Of a stretch of 64,000 bases of DNA, positions 43,139 to 52,183 are shown one piece after another. The position numbers and the translations under genes are program-made. Origin of the DNA: an uncultured Verrucomicrobiae bacterium. Its GTDB lineage: Bacteria > Verrucomicrobiota > Verrucomicrobiia > Limisphaerales > Palsa-1400. The notes under the pieces were generated by a model. It was not told where the DNA came from. It did not search any database and worked only from the letters and a program-made list of their open reading frames with translations. Location: the NCBI GenBank assembly GCA_963702845.1, contig OY969763.1:3872001-3936000 (forward strand), given 5' to 3'. Within the stretch, counting starts at the first letter, position 1; each line of letters starts with the position of its first letter.

Positions 43139-45031
43139 ATGTGCGGCATCACCGGAATCGTAGACACAAAAGCACCGATAGATCGCGACGTCTTGTCGCG
43201 CATGGCCAACGCCTTGCACCATCGCGGCCCGGACGACGAGAGCTACTATATTTCTGATCCCAAATCCGGTCGTGCCAACGTCGGTTTCGGATTTCGCCGC
43301 CTTTCCATCATCGACCTCAGTGGCGGGCGCCAACCGATGTGCAACGAAGACGGCACACTCTGGCTGGTCTGTAACGGCGAGATTTACAACTTCCTCGAAC
43401 TCAAAACGCGCCTCGTCGCAAGCGGCCACAAATTCAAAACCGGTTCCGACGTCGAAGTCCTGCTCCACCTTTACGAAGAGCACGGCGAAGATTGCATCCA
43501 ACACGTCAACGGCATGTTCGCCTTTGCGATTTGGGACGCGACCAACCAGAAGCTGTTCCTCGGCCGCGATCGCCTTGGCAAAAAACCGCTCTATTATCGC
43601 GACGCCCCAACGCACATCATCTTCGGTTCCGAAGTCAAAGCGCTCCTGCAATACCCGCAGTGCCCGCGCGAATTGGATTCCGCCAGCCTGAGTAAATATT
43701 TGGCTTACGAATACGTCCCCGCGCCACACTGCATTTTCAAGGGCGTCCACAAACTTCCAGCCGGCCACTGCCTGAGTTGGACCAACGGCAAGACCACCGT
43801 TCGTCAGTATTGGGACGTGCAGTTTGGAAAAGTAACTGTTGGGTCCAATGAAAATGAAATCGCCGAACAGCTACGCGAACGGCTGAAAGAATCGGTTCGT
43901 TTGCGCCTCATCAGCGACGTTCCGCTCGGCGTCTTTCTTAGCGGCGGAATCGATTCCAGTTCCGTCGTCGCGCTCATGTCCGAGTTGCGCCCGGCTAAAA
44001 ACATCAAAACGTTCGCTATCGGCTTCGATGTCGCGTCGTTTGACGAATCGCATCATGCGCGGCGAATCGCCGAGTTTTTTGGCACCGATCATCAAGAGCA
44101 CATTTTCAAAAGCAGCACGCTCATCGAAACGTTGCCCGATGTCGCTGCATTTATGGACGAGCCGTTGGGTGACGCCTCCATCGTGCCCACTTACCTGCTC
44201 TCAAAATTTACCCGCGAGCACGTGACCGTTGCGCTTGGCGGCGACGGCGGCGACGAACTGTTCGCCGGCTATCCAACCTTCCAGGCCGATCGAGCCGCGC
44301 GACTGTGTCCGTTATCAGCCGCAGTAAAAACTCTCGCAACACCGATCGCAAACCTGCTGCGCTCATCCGGTGAGAACTTCAGTCTCGATTTCAAGGTAAA
44401 ACAATTTCTACGCGGACTCGGTCATCCCGCTGAAATTCGCAATCAACGATGGCTCGGCTCATTTACGCCAGACGAACAACGTGAACTGCTGGTGGCCGGT
44501 AGCCCAATCGACAATTACGACGACATCGCTCAAGCAACCGCAAATTCCGCAACCAGCGACGCCATCGACCGACTGACCTACTTTTACTGCAAGTTCTACC
44601 TGCAAGACGACATCCTCACCAAAGTCGATCGCGCAAGCATGGCGTGCTCCTTGGAAGTGCGCGCTCCCTTCCTCGATTACACATTCGTCGAATTTGCCAA
44701 CAGCATCCCGTCACACCTGAAACTTCGCGGCTTGACCACCAAATACATCCTGAAGAAAGCCATGGCCGGCAAACTGCCGCAGGACATCATCGGCCGCGGC
44801 AAGAAAGGTTTCGGAATTCCCGTCGCCAAATGGTTCCGCAACGAGATGCGCGACATGGTCGCCGATTACTTCTCCGAAACCCGCATCCGCCAGCAAGGCA
44901 TCTTTAACGAGCGCACCATCTCACGCCTCTGGCACGAACATCAAAGCGGCCGCCATGACCATCGCAAACAACTCTGGACGTTGTTCATGTTCCAACTCTG
45001 GTTCGACAAATACATGCACGGTAATTCGTAG
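43139..45031 (+). CDS. asnB: Asparagine synthase-family glutamine amidotransferase
   Basis: MCGITG, HRGPD, RRLSIID, LSGGIDSS, GDGGDELFAGY, EVRAPFLD. Confidence 0.95.
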   Translation: MCGITGIVDTKAPIDRDVLSRMANALHHRGPDDESYYISDPKSGRANVGFGFRRLSIIDLSGGRQPMCNEDGTLWLVCNGEIYNFLELKTRLVASGHKFKTGSDVEVLLHLYEEHGEDCIQHVNGMFAFAIWDATNQKLFLGRDRLGKKPLYYRDAPTHIIFGSEVKALLQYPQCPRELDSASLSKYLAYEYVPAPHCIFKGVHKLPAGHCLSWTNGKTTVRQYWDVQFGKVTVGSNENEIAEQLRERLKESVRLRLISDVPLGVFLSGGIDSSSVVALMSELRPAKNIKTFAIGFDVASFDESHHARRIAEFFGTDHQEHIFKSSTLIETLPDVAAFMDEPLGDASIVPTYLLSKFTREHVTVALGGDGGDELFAGYPTFQADRAARLCPLSAAVKTLATPIANLLRSSGENFSLDFKVKQFLRGLGHPAEIRNQRWLGSFTPDEQRELLVAGSPIDNYDDIAQATANSATSDAIDRLTYFYCKFYLQDDILTKVDRASMACSLEVRAPFLDYTFVEFANSIPSHLKLRGLTTKYILKKAMAGKLPQDIIGRGKKGFGIPVAKWFRNEMRDMVADYFSETRIRQQGIFNERTISRLWHEHQSGRHDHRKQLWTLFMFQLWFDKYMHGNS

Positions 45032-45065
45032 AATTTTCAAATCTGAAATCTCAAATTTCAAATTG
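45031..45065. repeat. Heptamer tandem repeat (AAATCTC-like)
   Basis: aattttc aaatctg aaatctc aaatttc aaattg. Confidence 0.65.
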
Positions 45066-45348
45066 CGGAGCCCAGGCCGCATCACTCTTTACATAAGCAG
45101 TCATTTCATGTCACCACCTCATCGCGCTCCAGGGCGCATTGGGTTCGCCCAACCGCTCTTTGACATCAATGTTTATCAAACGGTCATCGAAGGTTCATTC
45201 AAGGCTCACAGAAGCCTCATGGAAAATGCAGGAAACTGAGGCAAAATGAGCCGAAATGCCTTGAAATGAACCTTCCCGAGAAAAAAAATTCACCGAATCA
45301 ATTTTCTCGCGTGTGCCAGCAGTGATTGCATACTTTTGCTCGAACTAA

Positions 45349-46113
45349 ATGGAGCCCAAACTCCCCATTTCCGTCTGCCTCATTTCCGGCGCTGAAGCCC
45401 ATCGCATCGGCCAGGCGCTCAAGAGCGTCGCCGACTGGACCAGCGAAATCGTTGTCGTCCTGAACGAAAACGTTAGCGATGGCACGGATAAGATTGCTGA
45501 GTCGTTTGGCGCGAAAGTGTTTCGTGAACCGTGGCGCGGTTTCATCAAACAGAAAAACTCCGCTTCCGACAAAGCGACCCAGCCGTGGATCCTCGGTATC
45601 GATGCTGACGAAGTTGTGTCTGACTCCCTCCGTGCCGAAATTGCAGCGACACTGAAATCTGCAACCTGTGCCGCCTACGAATTTCCCCGTTGCACCTTTT
45701 TCTTCGACCGCTGGATACGCCACGGCGATTACTACCCAGATCGCGTCACGCGTTTGTGGCGAAAAGACTGCGCGCACTGGGCCGGCATCGAACCACACGC
45801 GCACCTCGACGTGCAAGGCGAAATCGGCCGGCTTAAGTCCGACCTGCTCCACTACAGCAACGAAAGCATCGATCGCCAGATCGCAAAAATTGCGCCATAT
45901 AGCGATGACTTCGTTCAGGATTACATCGCAAAAAACAAACATGTCAGCGCGCTCGACTTGGTTGGCCGTCCGTTCTGGCGTTTCTTTCGCTCGTATATTT
46001 TACGTCGCGGCTTTCTCGACGGTCGCCCCGGACTTTACATCGCAAGTCTCACCGCGTTTTCGACCCTCACGCGCTACATGAAAGTTCTGGAAGCGCGGCA
46101 AAAACCGAAGTGA
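45349..46113 (+). CDS. GT2 glycosyltransferase (WaaE/KdtX-like)
   Basis: SDGTDKIA, WRGFIKQKN, WILGIDADE, YPDRVTRL, GFLDG. Confidence 0.9.
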   Translation: MEPKLPISVCLISGAEAHRIGQALKSVADWTSEIVVVLNENVSDGTDKIAESFGAKVFREPWRGFIKQKNSASDKATQPWILGIDADEVVSDSLRAEIAATLKSATCAAYEFPRCTFFFDRWIRHGDYYPDRVTRLWRKDCAHWAGIEPHAHLDVQGEIGRLKSDLLHYSNESIDRQIAKIAPYSDDFVQDYIAKNKHVSALDLVGRPFWRFFRSYILRRGFLDGRPGLYIASLTAFSTLTRYMKVLEARQKPK

Positions 46114-46913
46114 AACCGAGCATCGCACTGGTCATCAACACGTATCAGCAGCCCGAATACCTCGGTCGCGTGCTTCGTGCTGTGTCGGCGCAATGCGATG
46201 CGCCGGATGAACTCTGGGTCGCCGAAGACGACACGCACGCGCAAACGGCGGAGGTATTCAAAGCGTGGTTTAAATCACAAAAAATTCCCGGGGGTCACGC
46301 CAGCCAGGAACACCATGGGTTTCGTCGCTCCAGCATACTTAACGAAGCTATCGCGCGGGCAAAAGCCAACTACGTTGTCTTTCTCGACGGCGACACATTA
46401 CCGCATCCCCAATTCATTTCCGATCACCGCGCACTCGCGCAATCAGGAATGTTCGTCCAAGGCCACCGCGCGCTAATTGAAAAAAAAGCCGCCAAATACT
46501 TCGGCCTCCACAACTTCGCCAGTGACCGTCGAAAAGCATTACTAAGTTTCCAACTGCGCGGCCTCAAACACGCCTATCGCTGGCCGGTTCCGCAGAAGCG
46601 CACTCGGTCCGACTTGCACGGCATTCGTGGCTGCAACCTCGGCATTTGGCGTTGTGATTTACTCAAAGTGAACGGCTACAACGAAGCGTTCGTAGGCTGG
46701 GGCCGAGAAGATTCCGAGCTCGCAGTGCGTCTGATGAACTCCGGCATTCAGCGTATGGACGTGCGCGGACGCGCCATGTGCTACCACCTCTGGCATCCGC
46801 CGGCCAGTCGCGCCGGGCTCGCCACCAACGACAACTTGCTCCAACAAGCTATCGACACAAAAGCGCGCCGCTGCGAAACAGGCTTGGCCAAACACGCGCC
46901 GCAACCTGCCTGA
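46110..46913 (+). CDS. GT2 glycosyltransferase with C-terminal GT7-like motif
   Basis: YVVFLDGD, GCNL, VNGYNEAFVGWGREDSEL. Confidence 0.9.
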   Translation: MKPSIALVINTYQQPEYLGRVLRAVSAQCDAPDELWVAEDDTHAQTAEVFKAWFKSQKIPGGHASQEHHGFRRSSILNEAIARAKANYVVFLDGDTLPHPQFISDHRALAQSGMFVQGHRALIEKKAAKYFGLHNFASDRRKALLSFQLRGLKHAYRWPVPQKRTRSDLHGIRGCNLGIWRCDLLKVNGYNEAFVGWGREDSELAVRLMNSGIQRMDVRGRAMCYHLWHPPASRAGLATNDNLLQQAIDTKARRCETGLAKHAPQPA

Positions 46914-46916
46914 GTC

Positions 46917-48077
46917 ATGTCACCACTGCGCATTATTCATCTGAACTCCTTGCTCACCGGCGGCGGCACGGATGATCAATGCGTCAAAGTTGCTCATGGT
47001 CTGCAACAACTGGGACAAGACGTTCGCATCGCCGGTCCCGAAGGACGCTATTTTTCCAAAGTCATCCTTGAATTGAACGTGCCGTTCCGCAATACCGGCA
47101 ATACCAAATCGAAGATCAAATTCGTCGTGCGCGCCGCGAAATTCATTCGCGAACACAAACCGCACATCGTGCACGGACACCATGGTCGAGACATTTGGCC
47201 GACGATTCTCGCAACGCGACTTTCTGGCATTCGGCCAAAACTCGTCCTCACGCGGCACATGGCCAAAAGCCCCAGTTCTTGGGCAAGCCGCAATTTCATC
47301 TTGGCTCAATGCGACGCCTTGATCGCCGTTTCAAAATTCGTTGAAAAAATCCTGACCAAAGGCATGGACGACCGCAGGTCACCGGAACACGAGCGCTGGC
47401 ATCGACCTCCGATACTGGGCGACTACAAAAAAATTCATGTGATTCGTCCCGGCATCGACACGAACAAATTTCGGCCCGCACATGCTGAAGCAATGCGCAA
47501 GCAACTCGGTTTGCAACCAGAGCACTTCGCTTTCGCAGTGACCGGCGGTTACGACCTCCCGCGCGGCAAAGGTCAGCGCGAATTCCTCCGCGCCGCCGCA
47601 TCGATTCACAACAAAATCGTAAATGCTCGTTTCCTCATCATCGGCCGCGGCAACATGGAATCGATTCTCAAGGCCGACATCGACCAACTCGGCCTGCAAG
47701 GTAAGGCCTGGCTCACCGGCCAAATGTCCGACATGCCGCAAGTGATGAACGCGATCGATTGCCTGGTGCATCCGCAAATCGGCACCGAAGCCCTCGGCCT
47801 CGTTCTCTGCGAAGCCCACGCCTGCGGCAAACCGGTCATCGCCAGCGATCTCGACGGCATCCCCGAAGCCTTCGCCGCCGGCAACCTCGGCCAACTCGTT
47901 CCGCCCGAGGATGTCAACAAACTCGCCGAAGCGATGTTTGCTCAAATCAACGCTCCTCTGCCCACCGACGCGCAAAAAAACGAAATGCACGCCCGCGTCG
48001 GAGCGCAGTTCTCGTTGCAACGTGCCGCCACCGAAACTCTGGCTCTCTATCGCGAACTCGTCGGCGCAAAAATCTGA
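46917..48077 (+). CDS. GT4 glycosyltransferase
   Basis: KGQREFL and EALGLVLCEAHACGKPVIASDLDGIPE. Confidence 0.92.
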   Translation: MSPLRIIHLNSLLTGGGTDDQCVKVAHGLQQLGQDVRIAGPEGRYFSKVILELNVPFRNTGNTKSKIKFVVRAAKFIREHKPHIVHGHHGRDIWPTILATRLSGIRPKLVLTRHMAKSPSSWASRNFILAQCDALIAVSKFVEKILTKGMDDRRSPEHERWHRPPILGDYKKIHVIRPGIDTNKFRPAHAEAMRKQLGLQPEHFAFAVTGGYDLPRGKGQREFLRAAASIHNKIVNARFLIIGRGNMESILKADIDQLGLQGKAWLTGQMSDMPQVMNAIDCLVHPQIGTEALGLVLCEAHACGKPVIASDLDGIPEAFAAGNLGQLVPPEDVNKLAEAMFAQINAPLPTDAQKNEMHARVGAQFSLQRAATETLALYRELVGAKI

Positions 48078-48129
48078 ACGGATTTATTTGATAGAACCGC
48101 TTTGTTCCGGTATGACTTCACCGCATAGC

Positions 48130-48780
48130 ATGCATTGGTTCGCTCAGATTGAACCTTTTACGAGCCACCCCGGGTTGGGAGCGCTCATCGGATACCTTTT
48201 TGGCTGTTTCACCACTGGATATTATTTAGTGCGTTGGCGCACCGGTCAGGACATTCGCCAAATCGGTAGCGGCAGTTGCGGCGCACGCAATGTCGGTCGT
48301 CAACTCGGCAAAGTCGGCTTCTTCCTCACGCTCCTCGGAGACTTTTGGAAAGGCGCTGCTGCAGTTCTTCTAACTCGTTACCTCACCGCAAACGAAACCG
48401 CGATTCTGTTGACGATCATCGGCGTTGTCGTAGGGCACATATGGCCGATTCAACTAGGATTCCACGGCGGCAAAGGTGTTGCCACCTGCATGGGCGCACT
48501 TAGCTTCTTCGCGTTCAGTCTCGCGATTTCCTACTGCGCGCTCGCCGTTCTCGGCATCATCATTTTTCGCAAGAGTGTCATTCCGGGATTGATCGCTTTT
48601 GCGCTTCTGCCGGCCGTTGCCTACTTCCTGAAGTTCGACACCCGATCCCTCGCGGCGATTTCCGTTCTTGCCTCTATTATTTTGACTGCTCACTATCGCA
48701 ACGTGATTCAGGAGATCAACCAATTGCTGCCGCGACATGGCAAAGTCGAGGTGCAACCCAAGGCAGAATCAACCAAATGA
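48130..48780 (+). CDS. plsY: PlsY-like acyl-phosphate acyltransferase
   Basis: GYLFG, DIRQIGSGSCGARNVGR, DFWKG, GHIWP..GFHGGKGVAT, HYRN; alternative start at 48112; stop overlaps next ATG (ATGA). Confidence 0.85.
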   Translation: MHWFAQIEPFTSHPGLGALIGYLFGCFTTGYYLVRWRTGQDIRQIGSGSCGARNVGRQLGKVGFFLTLLGDFWKGAAAVLLTRYLTANETAILLTIIGVVVGHIWPIQLGFHGGKGVATCMGALSFFAFSLAISYCALAVLGIIIFRKSVIPGLIAFALLPAVAYFLKFDTRSLAAISVLASIILTAHYRNVIQEINQLLPRHGKVEVQPKAESTK

Positions 48781-50423
48781 ACATTAACGACCGCCCTCCG
48801 CTCCATTTCAAAATTGCGTCGGAAGAATCGGAGTTCGAGCAAATCCACCAGCTCAATTACAAAACTTTCGTCGAAGAAATTCCACAGCATCAACCTTCGA
48901 CCACTCCACGCCTCGTGGACAAATTTCACGCCGAGAACACGTATCTGATCTGCCTGTGCGGCGGTCAACTCGTCGGTATGATGGCAGTGCGTGGCAATCG
49001 TCCTTTTTCGCTCGATCAAAAACTTGCCAAGCTCGATGAACATCTGCCGCAACGTCAGAAGCCTTGCGAGATTCGACTCCTCGCCGTTGAAAAAGAGTTT
49101 CGTTCCGGCCAGGTCTTTCGCGGCCTCCTGGCGCTCCTTTGGCAACACGGCCTTGAACGCGGCTACGACCTCTGCGTCATCTCCGGCACCACCCGCCAAA
49201 CCAAACTTTATCGTCACCTCGGCTTCGCCCCCTTCGGTCCGCTCCTCGGCACTGGCGATGCCATGTTCCAGCCGATGTATATCACGTTGGAAACGTTCGA
49301 GAATTATGCCGAAGAATTTTTTCGGGCAGGGTTAAAACAATCCGGCCCCGCTAATTTCCTGCCCGGCCCCGTCGCGATTCACAAGGAGGTCCGCAAAGCG
49401 TTCGAGCAAATGCCGCAATCGCATCGCAGCGACGGTTTCATGGCGGAAGTGCAGGAGTTGAAAAACCGCCTGTGCGCAATGGTCAGTGCCAGGCACGTTC
49501 AAATCCTCCTCGGCTCCGGCACACTCGGCAACGACACCGTCGCCGCGCAACTTTCTCTGGAATCCAATCCCGGGCTCGTCATCAGTAACGGCGAATTCGG
49601 CGATCGCCTCGCCGATCACGCCAAACGCATGGGACTGACTTTCGACACGCTAAAACTTCCGTGGGGGCAACCCTACGACCTGGCCGCAATCAAACATTTT
49701 CTTCAACGCGCTCCAAGTGTTGGCTGGATTTGGTGTGTTCACGGCGAAACGTCGGTCGGCATGCTCAATCCCTTGGAGGCTCTGAAACAAATTTGCGCCA
49801 GACACAAAATCAAATTGGCGGTCGATTGCATCAGCACGATCGGCCTCCTGCCCGTGAATCTCGAGGGCGTGTTTCTCGCCACGTGCGCCAGCGGCAAAGG
49901 CCTTGGCTCCTATCCCGGTCTCTCGCTCGTTTTCTATCAACAGGAAATAGTGCCCGCGCCGAAGCTCCCCCGTTATCTCGACCTTGGCCTCTACGCGAAG
50001 TGCAATGGCATCGCATTCACCCATTCATCGAATCTCCTGCACGCGCTCGATGCCGCCATCAAACGAGTCAATTGGGTTCAGAAATACAAAGAGGTTGGTG
50101 AAACCAGCGCCTGGTTGCGCAGTCGCTTGCGCGAATCCGGCTTTGATTTGATCGCTTCCGAAGAGCACGCCGCGCCGGGTGTCGTCACCATCACGTTGCC
50201 TGCGGAAATCAATTCCTCCGACTTCAGCGCGCAATTGCAACAAGCCGGTTACCTTGTCAGTTCCGGCAGCGATTACCTTCGGACACGGAACTGGATCCAG
50301 ATCTGTTTGATGGGCGAATACTCGCGTCAGAAAATCAACGAGCTCCTTTACTGGATGAAACGCTTTGCTTCGCCCAAAGAGAAAACAGCAAGCAAGCCCG
50401 AAGCGCAACCGGCTGTTCGTTAG
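48777..50423 (+). CDS. Fusion of a GNAT/N-acyl amino acid synthase-like domain and a class V PLP aminotransferase
   Basis: N-terminal IHQLNYKTFVEE, CEIRLLAV, LYRHLGF; C-terminal FLPGP, SHRS, GSGT, NGEFGDR, HGETSVG..NP, VDCIS, SGKGL (PLP lysine). Confidence 0.85.
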   Translation: MNINDRPPLHFKIASEESEFEQIHQLNYKTFVEEIPQHQPSTTPRLVDKFHAENTYLICLCGGQLVGMMAVRGNRPFSLDQKLAKLDEHLPQRQKPCEIRLLAVEKEFRSGQVFRGLLALLWQHGLERGYDLCVISGTTRQTKLYRHLGFAPFGPLLGTGDAMFQPMYITLETFENYAEEFFRAGLKQSGPANFLPGPVAIHKEVRKAFEQMPQSHRSDGFMAEVQELKNRLCAMVSARHVQILLGSGTLGNDTVAAQLSLESNPGLVISNGEFGDRLADHAKRMGLTFDTLKLPWGQPYDLAAIKHFLQRAPSVGWIWCVHGETSVGMLNPLEALKQICARHKIKLAVDCISTIGLLPVNLEGVFLATCASGKGLGSYPGLSLVFYQQEIVPAPKLPRYLDLGLYAKCNGIAFTHSSNLLHALDAAIKRVNWVQKYKEVGETSAWLRSRLRESGFDLIASEEHAAPGVVTITLPAEINSSDFSAQLQQAGYLVSSGSDYLRTRNWIQICLMGEYSRQKINELLYWMKRFASPKEKTASKPEAQPAVR

Positions 50424-50463
50424 TCAGACGCTAATCATCTGAAAGAGTTCGCCGCGACGTTGC

Positions 50464-50781
50464 TCAATGTCCGCCCGTCACCGTGTATCCTTCACGTCGT
50501 AAATCCTCTGCCACATCCATCTCCATTTGCACCGCGTTTTCGTATGGCATTGGATTCAAGTGCTCATACAGATGTTTCAGCAGTCGGACGCCATATCGTT
50601 TCACCAACGACGCCGACTTAATCCCGGCTTTGTGATTGGCGAAGCGCTCCTCTGGCTTCAAGCCCGTCATGCCGACATACACGCACGGCTTCTGTGGATC
50701 ACGCTTCGGATTAACAGCGCGCACTTTGCGAAATTTCCCAACCACCGGATCAAGCAGCACGACGTAGACGTAGTGATGCAT
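50464..50781 (-). CDS. Small GIY-YIG-like hypothetical protein
   Basis: YVYVVLL...VYVGMT...ERFANHK...E pattern. Confidence 0.65.
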   Translation of the reverse strand: MHHYVYVVLLDPVVGKFRKVRAVNPKRDPQKPCVYVGMTGLKPEERFANHKAGIKSASLVKRYGVRLLKHLYEHLNPMPYENAVQMEMDVAEDLRREGYTVTGGH

Positions 50782-50937
50782 CGCCGGTTCGCCTTTCGCG
50801 CGAAGTGCTCTGAACGTGCGCCGCTTCATCAGCATTTAACGTAAGGAAACTTCTTCCGATAACCAATCCGTGTTTCAGCGTTGAAATAAACTGCTACTGC
50901 AACCTGTTCGCATGCTGTAACGTCTCAACTTGTGAAA

Positions 50938-51810
50938 ATGAATCAGATTGTTCGTAGAAATCTCGTTCTCTGTATCGTCGCACTACTGCTGACCTTCACC
51001 ACCTTTGTCACAGCCGCCGAGAGCACGGCCGCCGCAGACCAACTCGGGTGGCAACTCGACATGCACGCCCGCACGTTGAAGAGCTACAACCTTTTCGATG
51101 CGATGGACAAAACCGCTGCACTCGGCATCAAGTATTTCAGTTTCTCCGCCAGCGTTCCGTTTGAAAGCACCACCCAAATCTCCGTTCTCAAACTCACCGA
51201 CGCGCAAATCAAGAAAATCAAAGAGCACGCCGCGAAAAAAGGCCTGACGTTCGTCAACGCCTACCTGCCGCTGACAGAAAACGAAGCCGAGTGCCGCAAG
51301 GGTTTCGAGTTTGCGCGAAAAATCGGTGTTGACGTCATTGTCAGTGAACCAAAGCCAGAGGCGTTAGACACGGTCGAAAAGCTTTGCAAAGAATATAACA
51401 TCAAAGTCGCCATCCATGACCATCCGCAGCCGTCGCACTACTGGAACCCGCAAACCGTTCTCGCTGCCATCAAAGGCCGCAGCGCTCTAATCGGCGCGTG
51501 CGCGGACACCGGCCACTGGGTCCGCTCCGGGCTCGACCCCGTCGATTGCCTCAAACAACTTCAAGGCCATATCATTTGTCTGCACTTTAAAGACTTGAAC
51601 GAAAAGAAGCGCACGGCTCACGATTCCCCTTGGGGCACGGGCGTCGGCAATGCGAAAGAAATGATGACAGAACTCAAGCGCCAGAACTTCAAAGGCGCCT
51701 TCTGCATCGAGTATGAATACAACTGGAATAACAATCTTCCCGAACTTGCGCAGTGCGCAAAATTCTTCAATGCAACTTGCGCTACGTTAGTTGAAAAGCA
51801 GACCAAATAA
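50938..51810 (+). CDS. Exported sugar-phosphate isomerase/epimerase (AP endonuclease 2 TIM barrel)
   Basis: signal peptide; IHDH, DTGHW, LHFKD, IEYE. Confidence 0.88.
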   Translation: MNQIVRRNLVLCIVALLLTFTTFVTAAESTAAADQLGWQLDMHARTLKSYNLFDAMDKTAALGIKYFSFSASVPFESTTQISVLKLTDAQIKKIKEHAAKKGLTFVNAYLPLTENEAECRKGFEFARKIGVDVIVSEPKPEALDTVEKLCKEYNIKVAIHDHPQPSHYWNPQTVLAAIKGRSALIGACADTGHWVRSGLDPVDCLKQLQGHIICLHFKDLNEKKRTAHDSPWGTGVGNAKEMMTELKRQNFKGAFCIEYEYNWNNNLPELAQCAKFFNATCATLVEKQTK

Positions 51811-51841
51811 CCAGTCGCGCTTTGCAGCGTTGCGACCGCTT

Positions 51842-52033
51842 CTACTGCTGTGGCTGCCTCTGACGCCAGATGTGGAACGCGCCTTGGCCGATCCAGAAGA
51901 AGCCCAAGCCGTCAAAGAAGATGCTCAAGATTCCGAAATCGCCGAGAAATATCGAGTCGCCCATGGCCAACCCAATGCCGATAAGGACTATGCCTGCAAT
52001 AATGCTTTTCATAGATTTGAAAACAGGATGCAT
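51842..52033 (-). CDS. Small two-TM membrane protein
   Basis: 63 aa with two hydrophobic Gly-rich segments. Confidence 0.55.
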   Translation of the reverse strand: MHPVFKSMKSIIAGIVLIGIGLAMGDSIFLGDFGILSIFFDGLGFFWIGQGAFHIWRQRQPQQ

Positions 52034-52071
52034 TTCTTATGCCAACAAAGGGCACAATTCTATTGACAGAA

Positions 52072-52128
52072 TGGAGGGTGTCGCACGTGGCATTTGTCCA
52101 AAAGGCTCGGCGGGAGCCTCACCCTACC
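52072..52128. repeat. Degenerate REP-like element
   Basis: GGCTC-GGCGG-GAGCC-TCACCCTACC with a partial left arm TGGAGGGTG. Confidence 0.55.
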
Positions 52129-52183
52129 GCACCAAATAAAGATTAACCTTCCAACGTCTAACCCTACTGACTATTAAATCTCT

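Noticed and set aside
42092..43768. 558-aa antisense ORF over GT2/asnB
   Set aside because: Shadow ORF of well-supported plus-strand genes in GC-rich DNA; no recognisable motifs
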